This document shows positions 8,854-17,244 of a stretch of 64,000 bases of DNA, one piece after another; the stretch's first letter is position 1; each line of letters begins with the position of its first letter. The notes beneath the pieces were generated by a model. That model did not search any database. It worked only from the letters and a program-made list of their open reading frames with translations, and was not told the origin of the DNA. The translations under genes were made by a program, and so were the position numbers. The stretch is from positions 1,536,001-1,600,000 of the forward strand of contig CAVSIV010000006.1 of the NCBI GenBank assembly GCA_963728205.1, given 5' to 3'. The stretch comes from an uncultured Chloroflexia bacterium (GTDB taxonomy: Bacteria; Chloroflexota; Dehalococcoidia; UBA2979).

Positions 8854-9401
8854 CCGCGCACGCCTGGCAGCTGCTGTCGCACTGGTTCGCACCCGTCGGC
8901 CGGCGGCTCGAGGCCGCACAGCGCCAGTTCGAGCGGCTGCCGCGCTGGTTCGGGCCGACCGTGCTGATCCTGCTCTCGGCCGTGTTCATCGGCGGCGCCG
9001 TCTACGGCGCGTTCTTCGCGCGCCCGCCCATCACCGTGAAGGAGTTCGATGCCGGCCCGGTCGAGCAGTTCGCCATCGGCAAGGTCAACGCGTTCCCGCA
9101 GTACGCGCTCTACCTCGTCGGCATGCCGGATGGGCGCATCCGCGCCATCGACACGCGCGTCGAGTCGAGCGGTTGCACGGCGGTGTGGCACCCGGACGAC
9201 CCGCGCGGCGCCTCCGACAACCCGAACCACGAGCCGGGCGTCTTCATCGACCCGTGTAGCGGCGGCGTGTGGTCGATGGTGGGCGACGCGCTCTCCGGAT
9301 CGTCGACGCCGCTGCGCACGCCGCAGGTAAGCCACACGACCGGGGCCGACGGCCACGATCACGTGCTGGTCGAGGCGATCAACAACCCCGCGGTGCCATG
9401 A
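8850..9401 (+). CDS. Membrane-anchored Rieske-like protein lacking cluster ligands
   Basis: One TM helix, then GRIRAIDTRVESSGCTAVW...FIDPCSGGVWSMVGDALSG...PL, matching Rieske box 1 and box 2 positions. Confidence 0.6.
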   Translation: MTAHAWQLLSHWFAPVGRRLEAAQRQFERLPRWFGPTVLILLSAVFIGGAVYGAFFARPPITVKEFDAGPVEQFAIGKVNAFPQYALYLVGMPDGRIRAIDTRVESSGCTAVWHPDDPRGASDNPNHEPGVFIDPCSGGVWSMVGDALSGSSTPLRTPQVSHTTGADGHDHVLVEAINNPAVP

Positions 9402-9508
9402 CGCAGATGCGCCGACGGTTCTGGCGTCGAATCAGGCGATTTCCTATGATGGCGCCGCCGACGCGGGGTCGATTCCGCGACGAGGGGGACGCGCCTGCGT
9501 CAGGCATG

Positions 9509-9532
9509 GCCGCCGTTGCCGGGCGGCTTTTT
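9509..9532 (+). terminator. Rho-independent terminator
   Basis: GCCGCC-loop-GGCGGC followed by TTTTT. Confidence 0.6.
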
Positions 9533-9610
9533 GATGCTTGCGCGTGATCGCGGTATGACTGCGGGCGCGTCGGCGCCTGCTATATCTGTGCAAATACGCG
9601 GGGGGCACGA

Positions 9611-11185
9611 ATGAACACAGCGGAGTTCCTCACGATCAGCGCCGCGATCGTGCCCGACCGGCCCGCGCTGGTCGGCGAGGACGAGCGTTACACCTACGCC
9701 GAGCTGCAGACGCGCGTAAACAAGCTCGCGCAGTCGCTGCAAGCGCTCGGCGTCGGCCGCGGGGCCAATGTCGGCATCATGGCCGTCAACGCTCCGGCGT
9801 TCGCCGAGATCTACTACGCGACCGCCGCCGTCGGCGCCACGTTCGTCCCGCTCAACTATCGCGCGAAGACCGAAGAGCTCTCGTACATGGTCAACGCCGC
9901 GGACGTGAACGTCCTCTTCGTGGCCGAGCGCTACTGGTCGATCTTCCAGGAAATCAAGTCGGGCATGCCGGGCGTGCAGCACGCAATCACGCTCGACTTC
10001 GAGGCCGCGGGCTTCCAGTCGTACGCCGCGTTGCGCGAGGCCGGCGAGGACATCCCGGTCTTCGCGGAGACGGATGACAACGACCCGACGCTGATCATCT
10101 ACACGTCGGGCACGACGTCGCTGCCGAAGGGCGTGGTGCTGTCGTACAAGGCGATCACGGCGCTCGTGGTGAACACGCAGTCGCCGGCGGACCCGACGAG
10201 CGACCAGGAGGTCGTGCTCGTCTCGGTGCCCTTCTACCACATCGCCGGCGCCACCACGTTGATGAGCGCGGTGTTCTCCGGGCGCCGCCTCGTCATCCTC
10301 CCCGCGTTCGACCCGCAGGCGTGGCTCGCCGCCGTCGAGCGCGAGAAGGTCACGCACGCCTTCGTCGTGCCCACGATGCTCAAGCGCGTGATGGAGGTCG
10401 ACGACTTCGACCAGTACGACCTTTCGACGTTGCGCCTGATCACCTACGGCGCGGCGCCGATGCCATTCGAGGTCGTGCGTCGCGCGTGCGACGTCTTCCC
10501 GCCGCGCGGCGTCGACCTGATGAACGCGTACGGCCAGACCGAGGCCACCGGCTCGATGACGTTCCTCGGCCCCGACGACCACCGCCTCGACGGCACGCCG
10601 GAGGAGAACGAGAAGAAGATCAACCGCCTGCGCTCCGTCGGCCGCACGATGCCCGACGTCGATGTCGCGATCCTCGCCCCCGACGGTCGTGTGTTGCCGC
10701 AAGACGAAGAGGGCGAGATCTGCATCCGCGGCGACCGCATCATGCGCGGCTACAACAAGCGCGACGAGGACACGGGCGACGCGATCCGCGACGGCTGGCT
10801 GCACACCGGCGACGTCGGCAAGCTCGACGAGGACGGCTACCTCTTCATCACCGGGCGCATCAAGGACATGATCATCCGCGGCGGCGAGAACATCGCGCCG
10901 GCGGAGATCGAAAACGTGCTCGAGGATCACCCGGCAATCGCGGAGGCCGCGGTGATCGGGGTGCCCGACACCGAGTGGGGCGAGATCATCAAGGCGATCG
11001 TCGTGAGCGACCGCGGCGAGCAGCCGGGCGACGACGAGCTGACGGCTTACGTGAAGACGCGCATCGCCTCATACAAGGCGCCGGCGCTCTATCAGTGGAT
11101 CGACGAGCTGCCGCGCAATCACCTCGGCAAGGTCCTGAAGACCGAGCTGCGGGAAAAGTACGGACAGCCGGCCCCGACGAGCTAG
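9611..11185 (+). CDS. Long-chain acyl-CoA synthetase (AMP-binding)
   Basis: YTSGTTSLPKG, YGQTE, WLHTGD, GRIKDMIIRGGENI, LPRNHLGKVLK. Confidence 0.95.
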   Translation: MNTAEFLTISAAIVPDRPALVGEDERYTYAELQTRVNKLAQSLQALGVGRGANVGIMAVNAPAFAEIYYATAAVGATFVPLNYRAKTEELSYMVNAADVNVLFVAERYWSIFQEIKSGMPGVQHAITLDFEAAGFQSYAALREAGEDIPVFAETDDNDPTLIIYTSGTTSLPKGVVLSYKAITALVVNTQSPADPTSDQEVVLVSVPFYHIAGATTLMSAVFSGRRLVILPAFDPQAWLAAVEREKVTHAFVVPTMLKRVMEVDDFDQYDLSTLRLITYGAAPMPFEVVRRACDVFPPRGVDLMNAYGQTEATGSMTFLGPDDHRLDGTPEENEKKINRLRSVGRTMPDVDVAILAPDGRVLPQDEEGEICIRGDRIMRGYNKRDEDTGDAIRDGWLHTGDVGKLDEDGYLFITGRIKDMIIRGGENIAPAEIENVLEDHPAIAEAAVIGVPDTEWGEIIKAIVVSDRGEQPGDDELTAYVKTRIASYKAPALYQWIDELPRNHLGKVLKTELREKYGQPAPTS

Positions 11186-11234
11186 GGATCGCACGCACGA
11201 AGACTGGCCCCAGGGCCGGGGAAGCGAGCGTCAG

Positions 11235-13454
11235 ATGTCGGTAGAGACCCCGGAGCCCGGGCGACCCGTCCGCCTCGTCGGTGGGTGGTGGGGGCCGTCG
11301 ATCGGTATCTCGCTCCTGGGACTCTTCGGGTCCTTCCAGCTCAGCACCGGCGAGCAGCCCGTGCGTCCCGACTTCTGGGAGCACGTCGCGCCCCCGGCAT
11401 CGGTCTACCTGTTCCTCGCCGCGCTCGTCGGCCTGCTCGTCTACGCTCTCGTGCGCCACGCCAGCCTCTGGGCCGTCGGGCAGCCGCACGATCAGAACGT
11501 CCTCAAGCAGGTTCCACACCGCCTCCGCAACGCGATGCGGCTCGGGCTCGCCCAGGACAAGGTCCGGCGCGACCGGTACGCCGGCGTCATGCACTGGTGC
11601 ATCTTCTCCTCGATCGTGGTGCTCACCTTCGTCACCGCCCAGGTCGGCCTCCAGGACGACACGCCGCTCGACTTCCTCAAGGGCGGCTACTACCTCTTCT
11701 TCCGCTTCTACGGCGACCTCTTCGGGCTGATCGGACTGATCGGCGTCGGCATGGCGCTCAACCGACGCTACTTCCAGGACTACGCGCGGATGCGCTGGGA
11801 CGAGCGGCTCGAGGACCACCTCATCATCTGGGGCCTCGGGCTCGTGCTGCTCACCGGCTTCCTCGTGCAGAGCTTCCGCATCACCGACTCGGTGCTCGTG
11901 CAGCACCCCGACTGGGCGCGCTTCGCGTTCGTCTCGTTCGGCATCGCGAAGTTCCTGCATCTGTTCGGCTTCAGCAGCAGCCAGCTCATCCACGCGCACC
12001 ACTTCCTGTGGTGGACGCACGTGTCGCTGGCGTTCTCGTGGCTCGGGCTGATCGTCTTCACCAAGCTCGACCACCTTTTCTTCGCGCCGGTGAACGCGTT
12101 CTTCCTGCGCACCGACTCGTACGGGCGGCTGTCGCGCATCCCCAACCTCGAGGAGCGCGAGGTCTTCGGCATCGGGCAGATCCAGGACTTCACCTGGAAG
12201 CAGCTGTTCGAGCTCGACGCCTGCGTGCGCTGCGGTCGCTGCACCGAGGTCTGCCCCGCCAACCTCGCGGGCCAGCCGCTGTCGCCGATGCACCTGATCC
12301 AGGACCTCAAGCGCCATTTCGCGAACGTCGGTCCGGAGATCCAGCGCGTCGGCAACGAGGGCGGTGACGTGCGCGCGGTATCCCCCGTCGCGATGGTCGG
12401 CGACGTGATCAAGGACGAGACGTTGTGGGCCTGCCGCACCTGCTATGCGTGCGTGCAGGAGTGCCCGGTGATGATCGAGCATGTCCCGACGATCGTGGAC
12501 ATGCGGCGCTACCTGGTGATGGACGAGGCGCGCATGCCCGCCACCGCGCAGCAGGCGCTCGAGAACATGGAGATGCGCGGCCACCCGTGGCGCGGCACGA
12601 GCCTCGAGCGCACGACGTGGATGGAGGGCCTCGGCGACGTGCCGCTGTTCGACGGCACGCAGGAGTACCTCTACTGGGTCGGCTGCAGCGGATCGCTGGT
12701 GGAGCGCAACCTCCCGATCACGCAGGCGGTGTTCCGGCTGCTGCGCGAGTCGGGCGCGTCGTTCGGCGTGCTCGGCCAGGAGGAGACCTGCAACGGCGAC
12801 CCCGCGCGGCGACTCGGCAACGAGTACCTCTACCAGATCCTCGCCGAGCAGCTGGTGATGACCTTCAAGGCGAAGAACGTGCAGAAGGTCATCACGAACT
12901 GCCCGCACTGCTTCAACACCTTCAAGAACGAGTACCCGCAGTTCGATGGCCACTTCGAGGTGCTGCATCACACGGAGTTCCTGAGCAAGGCGGTTCAGGA
13001 TGGGTCGCTGAAGCCGACGTACGCGATCGACGCGAACGTCACCTACCACGACTCCTGCTACCTCGGTCGTGTGAACGGCGTGTATGACGCCCCGCGCCAG
13101 ATCCTGCAGATGGTGCCGGGCGCGAACGTCACCGAGATGCGCCGCAACATGAGCAAGGGGCTCTGCTGCGGCGCGGGTGGTGGCAACATGTGGCAGGAGG
13201 AGATCGGCGAGCGCCGTGTGAACCACGTGCGCACCGAGGAGGCCGTGCAGACCGGCGCCTCGCAGGTGATCTCGAACTGCCCCTTCTGCATCCAGATGTT
13301 CGAAGATGGCGTGCCCGCGATTCAGCCGGAGGAGGAGGGGCGCATCCGTCCCTTCGACATCGCCGAGCTGCTGGAGCGCTCCGTCTTCGGACCGGGCGGC
13401 GGCGGTTCCGCGCAGCAGCCGGCGGCCTCCGCCGCAGGCGGTGGCGAGAGCTAA
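11235..13454 (+). CDS. fadF: Membrane-bound Fe-S oxidoreductase, FadF/HdrF-like (TM + 2x[4Fe-4S] + 2 CCG domains)
   Basis: N-terminal TM region with His residues; CVRCGRCTEVCP, CRTCYACVQECP, YWVGC, TNCPHC, YHDSCYLGR, CCGAGGG, NCPFC. Confidence 0.88.
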   Translation: MSVETPEPGRPVRLVGGWWGPSIGISLLGLFGSFQLSTGEQPVRPDFWEHVAPPASVYLFLAALVGLLVYALVRHASLWAVGQPHDQNVLKQVPHRLRNAMRLGLAQDKVRRDRYAGVMHWCIFSSIVVLTFVTAQVGLQDDTPLDFLKGGYYLFFRFYGDLFGLIGLIGVGMALNRRYFQDYARMRWDERLEDHLIIWGLGLVLLTGFLVQSFRITDSVLVQHPDWARFAFVSFGIAKFLHLFGFSSSQLIHAHHFLWWTHVSLAFSWLGLIVFTKLDHLFFAPVNAFFLRTDSYGRLSRIPNLEEREVFGIGQIQDFTWKQLFELDACVRCGRCTEVCPANLAGQPLSPMHLIQDLKRHFANVGPEIQRVGNEGGDVRAVSPVAMVGDVIKDETLWACRTCYACVQECPVMIEHVPTIVDMRRYLVMDEARMPATAQQALENMEMRGHPWRGTSLERTTWMEGLGDVPLFDGTQEYLYWVGCSGSLVERNLPITQAVFRLLRESGASFGVLGQEETCNGDPARRLGNEYLYQILAEQLVMTFKAKNVQKVITNCPHCFNTFKNEYPQFDGHFEVLHHTEFLSKAVQDGSLKPTYAIDANVTYHDSCYLGRVNGVYDAPRQILQMVPGANVTEMRRNMSKGLCCGAGGGNMWQEEIGERRVNHVRTEEAVQTGASQVISNCPFCIQMFEDGVPAIQPEEEGRIRPFDIAELLERSVFGPGGGGSAQQPAASAAGGGES

Positions 13455-13585
13455 CCCACGCCGAACGCGCGCGCTTCCGGCTGCGGCGCCGGGGCGCGGG
13501 CACATGAACGAACGAACGCAGGCCGGGGGCCGGGCCCCTCGGCGAGCAGTAGCGCGGGGGCGCCGTCCCCGCCGAGGAGGTCCAG

Positions 13586-14390
13586 ATGCACTTTGTTGTC
13601 TGCGCCAAGCAGATCCCTGACCCGGAGACGCCGCCCTCGGCGTTCAAGGTCGACGCGACCAAGAACGAGGTGATCCCCGCCCCCGGCATCGCCCCCGTCC
13701 TCAGCCAGTTCGACGGCATCGCCGCCGAGGCGGCGCTCCGCATCAAGGAGGCCGCCGGCGACACCAAGATCACCCGTGATCTCCGATGGGCGCCGAGAGC
13801 GCGCAGGCCGCCATCAAGCAGGTGCTCGCCATGGGCGCCGACGAGGGCCTCCTGCTGCAGGACCCGGCGTTCGACAAGGGCGACCCGCACACCACGGCGA
13901 AGGTGCTCACCGCAGCGATCAAAAAGCTCGGCGACGTCGACGCGGTCTTCTGTGGCCGCCAGGCGGCCGACTGGGACTGGGGCCAGACCGGGGTGCTGAT
14001 CGCCGAGGGCATCGGCGCCCCCGCCGCCATCATCGCGAAGGGCGTCGAGTTCCAGGACGGCAAGCTGCGCGTCCAGCGCGTGCTCGAGGATGGCTACGAG
14101 ACGGTCGACGTGCCGCTGCCCGCGGTCGTGACGGTCTCGAACGAGTTCGGCGAGCCGCGCTACCCGAAGCTCCAGCAGATCATGCAGGCGGCGCGGAAGA
14201 CCGTGACCACCTGGAAGGCCGCCGACCTCGGCCTCGACCCGGGCGAGGTGGGCGCGGCCGGCGCGCGGCTCAAGCTCGAGCGGCTCTACATCCCCGAGAA
14301 GGAGGGAAAGGCCGAGATCATGGAGGGCGATACGCCGGCCGACCAGGCCAAGCAGCTCGTCGAGAAGCTCCAGGCCGCGAAGATCCTCGA
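13586..14390 (+). CDS. etfB: Electron transfer flavoprotein beta subunit (frameshifted in this sequence)
   Basis: VVCAKQIPDPE, AMGADEG, CGRQAAD, EPRYPKL. Frame changes near 13772-13785; stop apparently lost near 14389. Confidence 0.88.
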
Positions 14391-14445
14391 GGCCCGCACA
14401 CCCCGTCGCCGCGCGCCTGGCGCGCGGCGAGGAAAGGACGATTTC

Positions 14446-15420
14446 ATGGCACGCAACGTTCTGGTGGTGGGCGAGCTCGCCGAGGGTGCGCCGACCACCA
14501 CGACCATCGAGCTGCTCGGCGCCGCCACGCGCCTCGCCGGCGGCGGCACCGTCGGCGTGACGCTGCTCGGCACCGGGGCCACCGCCGCGGCGGCGCAGAC
14601 CTTCCCGGCCGGCGCCGCGAAGGCGTTCGCCAGCGACGACGCCAACTACGACCAGTTCCGTTCCGACCAGTGGCTCGCCGCAATCGAGGCCGCCGTAGAG
14701 CAGGTCGGCGCCGAGGTGATCCTGCTCCCGCAGGACCTGTTCGGCCGCGAACTCGCCCCGCGCCTGGCCTTCCGCCACAACAGCGCGGCGGCGATGGACT
14801 GCACGGTCGTCGAGGACGACGGCGGCACGCTCAAGGTGACCCGCCCGGTCTACGGCGGCAACGCACTCGCGCAGTTCTCGTTCGCGAGCACGCCGGCGAT
14901 CGCCACGGTGCGCGCGAAGTCGCAGGATCCGATCGAGCCGAACGCCGGCGCGACGGGCGAGACCGTCGCCCTCCCCGGCGCCGGCGACTCGCGCACGACC
15001 ACGGTCGGCCGCGAGAAGGTCGAGTCCGAGGGCCTGCAGATCACGGATGCCACGGTCGTGGTGTCCGGCGGCCGTGGCCTCGGTGCTCCGGAGGGCTTCC
15101 AGCTCGTCGAGGCGCTGGCGGCGGCGATCGGCAAGGACAAGGCCGCCGTCGGCGCCTCGCGCGCCGCGTGCGACCTGGGCTGGTACCCGCCCAGCCAGCA
15201 GGTCGGCCTCACCGGCAAGGTCGTCACGCCCGACCTGTACATCGCGGTCGCGATCTCGGGTGCCAGCCAGCACATGGCGGGCTGCTCGGGCTCCAAGACC
15301 ATCATCGCCATCAACAAGGACCCGGAGGCCAACATCTTCAAGTCGGCCCGATTCGGCATCGTGGGCGACTACAAGCAGGTCCTTCCGCCGCTGATCGAGG
15401 CGATCAAGGCCGCCGGTTAG
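14446..15420 (+). CDS. etfA: Electron transfer flavoprotein alpha subunit
   Basis: Own RBS (GGAAAGGA); VVSGGRG, GASRAACD, QVGLTGK, AISGASQH, AINKDPEANIF. Confidence 0.95.
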   Translation: MARNVLVVGELAEGAPTTTTIELLGAATRLAGGGTVGVTLLGTGATAAAAQTFPAGAAKAFASDDANYDQFRSDQWLAAIEAAVEQVGAEVILLPQDLFGRELAPRLAFRHNSAAAMDCTVVEDDGGTLKVTRPVYGGNALAQFSFASTPAIATVRAKSQDPIEPNAGATGETVALPGAGDSRTTTVGREKVESEGLQITDATVVVSGGRGLGAPEGFQLVEALAAAIGKDKAAVGASRAACDLGWYPPSQQVGLTGKVVTPDLYIAVAISGASQHMAGCSGSKTIIAINKDPEANIFKSARFGIVGDYKQVLPPLIEAIKAAG

Positions 15421-15445
15421 GGATTCACGGCGCTGAGCGTCAGAG

Positions 15446-15481
15446 AGCGGGCGGACCAATCGGTCCGCCCGCTTGGTTTCT
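15446..15481 (+). terminator. Hairpin terminator after etfA
   Basis: AGCGGGCGGACC-AATC-GGTCCGCCCGCT (12-bp perfect stem) followed by TGGTTTCT. Confidence 0.65.
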
Positions 15482-15519
15482 CCGGGAATCGCTCGAAATC
15501 GGCCGTTTCTGTGTTTGCC

Positions 15520-15548
15520 TTGCACGCGTATGTGCACGCAAATACAAT
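15520..15548 (+). promoter_or_regulatory. Sigma70-type promoter for coaE-AAA-VWA
   Basis: TTGCAC-17 nt-TACAAT in a locally AT-rich stretch. Confidence 0.7.
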
Positions 15549-15594
15549 TACAAGCGCGGGCGATGGTACTTCGCCGTTACCCCATGGAGCGAAC

Positions 15595-16221
15595 ATGGCC
15601 GTCGTCATCGGTCTCACCGGAGGCATCGCCTCGGGCAAGTCCACGGTAGCCGGGCAGTTGCAGGAACTCGGCGCGCACGTGATCGACGCGGATCGCCTCG
15701 GTCACCGCGTGTACGAGCCGGGCACGAGTGCCTTTCAGAAGGTCGTCAACGCGTTCGGCCACGACATCGTGGCGAAGGACGGGACGATCGACCGCCGCGT
15801 CCTCGGCGGGAAGGTGTTCGGTGCACCCGAGCAGCTCGCCCGACTCTCCGAGATCACGTGGCCGGAGATCCGCAAGCTCGCCGCCGCCGAGATCGCCGAG
15901 TGGAAGCGGAAGGACCGCCAGGGGGTGATCGTCCTTGAGGCGGCCGTCCTGCTCGAGGCCGGCTGGCAGGACCTCGTCGACGAGGTCTGGGTGGTCACCG
16001 TCAAGGTCGCGACCGCCGCCGAGCGGCTGATGGCGCGCAACGGCCTCACCGAGGACGCGGCCCTGTCGCGGATCCAGTCGCAGATGTCCACGCGCGAGCG
16101 TCTCGATCACGCCGACGTGAAGATCGATAACTCGGACGCGCTCGAGGATCTGCGACGTCGTGTCGAGCGCCAGTGGAAGCAGCTCGAGAAGCGCATCGCC
16201 GCCCCCGCCGGGAAGCGGTAG
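15595..16221 (+). CDS. coaE: Dephospho-CoA kinase
   Basis: IGLTGGIASGKSTV, VIDAD, IDRRVLG, RIQSQM. Confidence 0.95.
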   Translation: MAVVIGLTGGIASGKSTVAGQLQELGAHVIDADRLGHRVYEPGTSAFQKVVNAFGHDIVAKDGTIDRRVLGGKVFGAPEQLARLSEITWPEIRKLAAAEIAEWKRKDRQGVIVLEAAVLLEAGWQDLVDEVWVVTVKVATAAERLMARNGLTEDAALSRIQSQMSTRERLDHADVKIDNSDALEDLRRRVERQWKQLEKRIAAPAGKR

Positions 16222-16311
16222 CCTATCCCGACATCGGCGCAGCCCGGCTGACCCGGCCGCGCCCCCGGTTCGCGATCCCCAGCACCAGCGTTCAAGGCAG
16301 GCGGGTTCACA

Positions 16312-17181
16312 TTGGCCACGACAGAGCAGATGAGCGGGTACAAGCAGATCCAGGTCGAGGATTTCCGGATCACCGAGGAGCCGTACTACCTCCCGATCAA
16401 CGACGAGGTGCAGCTCTTCGAGACCGCCTACTCCGAGAACGTCCCCGTCCTGCTCAAGGGCCCGACCGGCTCCGGCAAGACCCGCTTCGTCGAGTACATG
16501 TCATGGCGCCTCCACCGCCACATCGGCAACGTCGACGAGGAGGGCGTGCCGCTGATCACCGTCGCCTGCCACGAGGACCTCACCGCGTCCGACCTCGTCG
16601 GCCGCTACCTGCTCGAGGGCGACGACACCCGCTGGATTGACGGGCCGATCAGCCGCGCGGTGAAGGTCGGCGCCATCTGCTACCTCGACGAGATCGTCGA
16701 GGCGCGCAAGGACACCACCGTCCTGATCCACCCGCTGACCGACTACCGGCGCCTGCTGCCGGTGGAGAAACGCGGCGAGCTGCTGGAGGCCGCCGACGGC
16801 TTCCTCCTCGTGATGTCCTACAACCCGGGCTACCAGTCCGCGCTGAAGGACCTCAAGCACTCCACGCGTCAGCGCTTCATCGCGATCGAGTTCGACTACC
16901 CGCCGCGCGACCAGGAAGCCGAGATCATCCACGTCGAGTCCGGCGTCAGCCGCGAGATCGCGCAGGACCTGGCGAAGCTCGCCGAGAAGGTGCGCAACCT
17001 CAAGGAGCACGGCCTCGCCGAGGGCGTGTCGACGCGCCTGCTCGTCTACACCGGTAAGCTGATCGCCAAGGGCATCACCCCCCGCCGCGCCTGCCAGACC
17101 GGCGTCGTCTGGGCCCTGACCGACGACGTCGAAGTGCAGCGCTCGATCGAAGAGGTCGTGACGTCCATCTTCGACGAGTAG
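16312..17181 (+). CDS. CbbQ/NirQ/NorQ-family AAA+ ATPase
   Basis: [76 protein letters not shown]. Confidence 0.94.
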   Translation: MATTEQMSGYKQIQVEDFRITEEPYYLPINDEVQLFETAYSENVPVLLKGPTGSGKTRFVEYMSWRLHRHIGNVDEEGVPLITVACHEDLTASDLVGRYLLEGDDTRWIDGPISRAVKVGAICYLDEIVEARKDTTVLIHPLTDYRRLLPVEKRGELLEAADGFLLVMSYNPGYQSALKDLKHSTRQRFIAIEFDYPPRDQEAEIIHVESGVSREIAQDLAKLAEKVRNLKEHGLAEGVSTRLLVYTGKLIAKGITPRRACQTGVVWALTDDVEVQRSIEEVVTSIFDE

Positions 17182-17244
17182 ACGCGCCGGGGCCGATGGT
17201 GACCCGCCGCTGACCCAGCGCCGCCCTTCCGGGAGGGGAGCGAG

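Noticed and set aside
10989-13505. Long antisense and alternate-frame ORFs (838 aa here, and many Arg/Ala/Pro-rich ORFs elsewhere)
   Set aside because: They are shadows of real genes caused by stop-codon scarcity at high GC and carry no recognisable motifs.
13786-15420. Natural EtfB-EtfA fusion (544-aa ORF)
   Set aside because: etfA has its own RBS and ATG at 14446, the linker reads like intergenic DNA, one missing T restores TGA after AAKIL, and nearby indels show local error. Not fully excluded without reads.
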